DNA of 20,000 nucleotides from an uncultured virus (IMG/VR IMGVR_UViG_3300032227_002278) (Duplodnaviria; Heunggongvirae; Uroviricota; Caudoviricetes): the IMG/VR virus record IMGVR_UViG_3300032227_002278; one strand, 5' to 3'. The translations under genes were made by a program, and so were the position numbers. Shown in pieces: positions 16,649 to 20,000 of this stretch. The stretch's first letter is position 1. The number at the start of each line of letters is the position of its first letter. Under the pieces are notes generated by a model. The model saw only the letters and a list, made by a program, of their open reading frames with translations, was not told where the DNA came from and made no database searches.

Positions 16649-16849
16649 ATGCCAAACGACCTGCCCGAAGACTGGTATCTTGACCAGTCCTACGAAGACC
16701 GATATAGCTATGATGAACCATCAGAACCAGATGATTACTGGGCTGATGGCGATGCCCTAGCGTCTGCAGGGCATGGCATGGACGAAGATTACAACGGCTA
16801 TGACGATTGGGATGACTCTGAAGCAATAGATTGCGATGCAGAGTTTTGA
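16649..16849 (+). CDS. small, highly acidic protein
   Basis: AGGAGG RBS before ATG 16649; DGDALASAGHGMDEDY; 66 aa. Confidence 0.8.
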   Translation: MPNDLPEDWYLDQSYEDRYSYDEPSEPDDYWADGDALASAGHGMDEDYNGYDDWDDSEAIDCDAEF

Positions 16850-17010
16850 TATCTAGAGACTAACTAGGGATAATAATCCTATCCCTAGTTAGCTCATTCT
16901 TCTTCAGGGGTTGTACCAACGCCTTCCATATCAACAACCCCGAATTACGATAATTCCAAACCCCATTCTTTTAAGTGTCACCGAGGTGGTGACAAACGGA
17001 GGAGTTGACA

Positions 17011-17250
17011 ATGCAAAATGAAATCGAACACCTTCCACCCGCACAACCCCTTGACCAGGAATGTGAGTGCTGGTCTTGGAAAAAAATGAATGGTAAATGG
17101 ACTTGCGAACATTGCGGGTCTACCACTTCATTTGCTGAATCCGATTGCGGATTCTCAGATGATGATAACGATTCTGATATCGATGGATATCATGATCATT
17201 GTTCCGAGGTTGCATTTTATAGCAACCGCCATCAATTCGATGGCGAGTAA
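17011..17250 (+). CDS. small Cys-containing (zinc-ribbon-like) acidic protein
   Basis: GGAGG RBS; CEC...WTCEHCG; after element 16943. Confidence 0.75.
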   Translation: MQNEIEHLPPAQPLDQECECWSWKKMNGKWTCEHCGSTTSFAESDCGFSDDDNDSDIDGYHDHCSEVAFYSNRHQFDGE

Positions 17251-17317
17251 TTACGATAATTCCAAACCCCATTCTTTTAAGTGTCACCGAGGTGGTGACA
17301 AAACAACGGAGGTTTCT

Positions 17318-17557
17318 ATGTCTTATCATCGCACCGCTGACCGCCTGTTTGATGCCTGCCTTCTCGACCTTTATCCAGACGCTGGTCCCGTCTGGATGGA
17401 TTTTGGTATCGACGAACGAACCTTCCCCGCCTACCAAAGAGCGGTAAAAACCGGGAAGGTCACCGCAGACCAGCTACACAAAGCTGTATGCGACGGCAGA
17501 AAACTATCCGCCCTCATCGGAGTGGAAGTTAAAACAATGTTTGATATGTTCGCCTAG
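17318..17557 (+). CDS. hypothetical protein
   Basis: GGAGG RBS before ATG 17318; after element 17249; 79 aa. Confidence 0.8.
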   Translation: MSYHRTADRLFDACLLDLYPDAGPVWMDFGIDERTFPAYQRAVKTGKVTADQLHKAVCDGRKLSALIGVEVKTMFDMFA

Positions 17558-17706
17558 GACATATCAACACAGGAGATAGTAACCACTATCTCCTGTGCTA
17601 TTAACTTACTTCGGGGGTTGTACCCTTCCATATCAACAATTACGATAATTCCAAACCACATTCTTTCAAGTGTCACCGAGGTGGTGACAAACAAAGGAAA
17701 AAGACC

Positions 17707-17910
17707 ATGCCATATCTCACTGTTACCCCTGCCTACGGGCGTGATTATAAAACCAAAAAAGAAGCTGTACACGCATGGGAAACTGGCAAAGACTTCCAAG
17801 TGCAATCTATTTTTGATAGTGGATATATCAATAAAGCAGATGCACAACCTGGCACTACTGTTAATATCCGATATAAACGGATGACACAGATTGCAGTAGT
17901 AAAAGTTTGA
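17707..17910 (+). CDS. hypothetical phage protein
   Basis: VTPAYGRDYKTKKE...GKDF; after element 17638. Confidence 0.85.
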   Translation: MPYLTVTPAYGRDYKTKKEAVHAWETGKDFQVQSIFDSGYINKADAQPGTTVNIRYKRMTQIAVVKV

Positions 17911-18061
17911 TATATAAGAGTATAGACTAATGTCTATACTCTATCTTCTATATCAACGGGGGTTGTACCAACGCCCCCATATCAACAAACCAGAATTACG
18001 ATAATTCCAAACCACACTCTTTCAAGTGTCACCGAGGTGGTGACAAACAAAGGAACAAACA

Positions 18062-18256
18062 ATGCACGAATCAACAATCAAGACCCTCTTCACACTGCGT
18101 GAAAACGCCACCAGCGAAAATAACGCTGTATGGCGCAAAGCCTTTGAAAAGGCGGATTACGACCTCTGTAAAAAGATTACAGATAATCTGGCTAAGATAG
18201 ATGATGCTATCTTCGCTGCTATCCGCAGCCTAAGAAACGATAGCATGTCTTTATAG
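18062..18256 (+). CDS. hypothetical protein
   Basis: AAGGA RBS; after element 17994. Confidence 0.8.
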   Translation: MHESTIKTLFTLRENATSENNAVWRKAFEKADYDLCKKITDNLAKIDDAIFAAIRSLRNDSMSL

Positions 18257-18400
18257 CCAGATAGCACTAGCTAGGACTATTGAGTCCTAGCTAGTTTAAC
18301 TTACTTCGGGGGTTGTACCCTTCCATATCAACAATTACGATAATTCCAAACCACACTCTTTCAAGTGTCACCAAGGTGGTGACAAACAAAGGAACAAACA

Positions 18401-18610
18401 ATGAATATGCTTCGTAACGCTGCTTTTTTCCTTTTCGGTATCGCCCTTATCTGTCTGGTTGTATTCGGAGAAGGGTATATCTTGGGCGCACATATCCATG
18501 CGCCTGAGATAACTCAAGGCATCAACTGGAATATGCACTTCTTCTTCATGGGAGTCGTGTTCCTAACAGGATGCCTTAGCTTACTGAATCTATCAGTAAG
18601 TAAAAAGTAA
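18401..18610 (+). CDS. small membrane protein (2 predicted TM helices)
   Basis: Two hydrophobic stretches; after element 18333. Confidence 0.75.
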   Translation: MNMLRNAAFFLFGIALICLVVFGEGYILGAHIHAPEITQGINWNMHFFFMGVVFLTGCLSLLNLSVSKK

Positions 18611-18686
18611 ATTACGATAATTATAAATACCATCTTTTCAATTGTCACCACAATGGTTGTGGTGATAAACAACGGAGGTTTTTGAT

Positions 18687-18923
18687 ATGGAAAGCTATGG
18701 TTTCCTTGGTTTCGCTACCGAGCCGGTTGCAAACGATAATGGGGTATATCACTCCCCAGATTACCTTGCAGACTGGTTGTCTGCACATGGCGACCGCTAT
18801 GGCGGTAAGTACGCCATCTTTCATGAGATGGGTCACGATAAGCTCAAAAAGCTTATCGATAAAGAAGGTATCACCAATTGGGGTGATGCATGGGACTGGG
18901 CAGCTAAACGCCCACTAGGCTAA
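18687..18923 (+). CDS. hypothetical protein
   Basis: GGAGG RBS; after element 18610. Confidence 0.8.
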   Translation: MESYGFLGFATEPVANDNGVYHSPDYLADWLSAHGDRYGGKYAIFHEMGHDKLKKLIDKEGITNWGDAWDWAAKRPLG

Positions 18924-19130
18924 TATAAAGCTAGATATGGATATGGAAACATATCCATATCCAGCTTCCATATCATTAAGGGGTTGTACCATACAGCCAG
19001 AGTCTCAATCCCTGAATTACGATAATTACAAACAGGCTTCTTTTAAGTGTAACAAGTTTACCACAGTGGTAAACAAGTTACTTTTCGAAACTCGCAACCG
19101 GCTAGGCGCAGGTTGCTATCGGAGGCTATC

Positions 19131-19352
19131 ATGCAAAATATCACTTTCCGCAAAACTTCCCGTGGCTACATCGCTTCTTTCGATGGTGTCAGAAGCAAGC
19201 CCTCAAAAACAAAAAGGCAGGCTGAAATCAGCTTGAACAAAAAGCTAGCAGAAGCCGAACTCAGCGATGCAGGTAGACTGCATGCTGGATTCTCCATGCT
19301 AGAGACATCTGAAGACCATGCCGAGACATGGGACGCTAACTGGACCCTGTAA
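19131..19352 (+). CDS. hypothetical protein
   Basis: GGAGG RBS before ATG 19131; after element 19015; 73 aa. Confidence 0.8.
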   Translation: MQNITFRKTSRGYIASFDGVRSKPSKTKRQAEISLNKKLAEAELSDAGRLHAGFSMLETSEDHAETWDANWTL

Positions 19353-19391
19353 GGGTCTAGTTGGACACCAGCGGGTGCTATCGCCCGCTGG

Positions 19392-19511
19392 TTGTCTCTA
19401 TCATTACTTTCTTCAGGGGTTGTACCCTTTGTTTGTCTCTATCATTACTTTCTTCAGGGGTTGTACCCTTTGTTTGTCTCTATCATTACTTTCTTCAGGG
19501 GTTGTACCCTT
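19392..19511 (+). repeat. 41-bp tandem repeat, about 2.9 identical copies
   Basis: TTGTCTCTATCATTACTTTCTTCAGGGGTTGTACCCTTTGT at 19392, 19433 and 19474 (last copy 38 bp). Confidence 0.95.
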
Positions 19512-19670
19512 CCATATCAACATGGCTTATCAATATGGCATATCAACAAAGTGAATTACGATAATTACAAACAGGCTTCTTTTAAGTGTAACAAGTTTAC
19601 CACAGTGGTAAACAAGTTACTTGGTTCGGCGGGTTTGACTGGATATCACCCGCTATCGGAGGCTACTACA

Positions 19671-20000
19671 ATGGCTCAATCAATCGTCCGCACTGTCCGC
19701 ACCGCCCAGTATAAGGGCAAGGCTTACATCCTTTGCTACATCGGGGCGACCAAATTTGGTCCCCGTGCCCAACTGGGCTTCTGGGGACCAAGTGGCACCC
19801 GCTTCTGGGTGGATGCTAACTTGGTGCAGGAAACTGCACCAACCGATATAAATGAGCAAGGCTGGCGTGTAACGCCAGCAGCTCCTGCTAAGGCGTATAC
19901 GCCTGTGCAGCAGGTGCAAGCACCTTCTAGCAGCGAAGATGAGCTGCTAGAAGCCCGAGCCGCTCAATATGCGGCTATGGACGAAGATCTCCCCTTCTAA
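19671..20000 (+). CDS. hypothetical protein with an SSB-like acidic C-terminal tail (DEDLPF)
   Basis: GGAGG RBS before ATG 19671; 109 aa; P/Q/A-rich linker then AMDEDLPF and TAA at 19998-20000. Confidence 0.8.
   Translation: MAQSIVRTVRTAQYKGKAYILCYIGATKFGPRAQLGFWGPSGTRFWVDANLVQETAPTDINEQGWRVTPAAPAKAYTPVQQVQAPSSSEDELLEARAAQYAAMDEDLPF

Larger units (their letters stand above)
13069..19511 (+). repeat. Recurrent gene-end module: long hairpin without a clear U-tract followed by CTTC(A/G)GGGGTTGTACC
   Basis: GGG(G)TTGTAC at 13096, 13827, 14818, 15382, 15793, 16558, 16907, 17613, 17958, 18308, 18980, 19416, 19457, 19498, with variants at 3594, 5195 and 14450. Nearly all follow a hairpin with a unique sequence. 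Confidence 0.85.
601..19589 (+). promoter_or_regulatory. Dispersed 36-bp element AATTACGATAATT-N11-TCTTTYAAGTGT, 27 copies; probable phage-specific early promoter/operator
   Basis: Copies start at 601, 2424, 3649, 5691, 6123, 6767, 8397, 9829, 10854, 11697, 13132, 13850, 14135, 14471, 14854, 15418, 15829, 16091, 16582, 16943, 17249, 17638, 17994, 18333, 18610, 19015, 19554. All are on the + strand with an 11-nt spacer, and each precedes an RBS and ATG. The repeat is directly visible; promoter function is inferred. Confidence 0.85.

Noticed and set aside
601..19589. 36-bp repeat read as a CRISPR array
   Set aside because: Intervals are hundreds to thousands of bp and contain whole ORFs, the middle 11 bp of the repeat vary, and no cas genes are present
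19392..19670. 202-aa ORF starting at 19392, and similar N-terminal extensions at 3689, 5723, 14167, 14503, 14822, 16550 and 17090
   Set aside because: These read through repeats and leaders; RBS-supported ATG starts lie downstream
730..19919. Minus-strand ORFs other than the HNH gene, and alternative-frame plus-strand ORFs
   Set aside because: They overlap better-supported genes or tRNAs and lack RBSs and recognisable motifs
13069..20000. Classical integron with attC sites
   Set aside because: No IntI gene in the window; the hairpins lack RYYYAAC/GTTRRRY ends; each gene has its own promoter-like element
1..20000. Stop-codon reassignment as seen in some large phages
   Set aside because: Genes end in TAA, TAG and TGA at sensible boundaries with high coding density under the standard code; no suppressor tRNA is seen

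Overview
This window looks like part of a large, AT-rich dsDNA bacteriophage genome: an early/accessory region of short, co-oriented + strand ORFs plus tRNA genes. No structural, replication, integrase or cas genes are visible. Three layers stand out. (1) A 36-bp bipartite element, AATTACGATAATT-N11-TCTTTYAAGTGT, occurs 27 times, always on the + strand and always just upstream of an RBS and start codon. From about 13 kb onward it builds an array of single-gene cassettes: [hairpin + CTTCAGGGGTTGTACC] - element - leader hairpin - RBS - ORF. Some leaders are mosaics of other leaders, which suggests recombinational shuffling. (2) The tRNA genes read A-ending codons. Ile(UAU) and Leu(UAA) are intact. 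Arg(UCU) is interrupted by a compact 197-nt Azoarcus-like group I intron. A fourth, Ile/Met-like tRNA contains a related intron carrying an antisense HNH gene and has lost the 3' half of the ribozyme. (3) Recognisable proteins include an N4BP2-like P-loop kinase, a GHKL-like ATPase with permuted motifs, a pyrimidine-dimer glycosylase, a split CsrA-like protein, a CAP-like secreted protein and DUF6878/6915/6573-like proteins. Family calls come from motif recognition by eye; no database searches were run.
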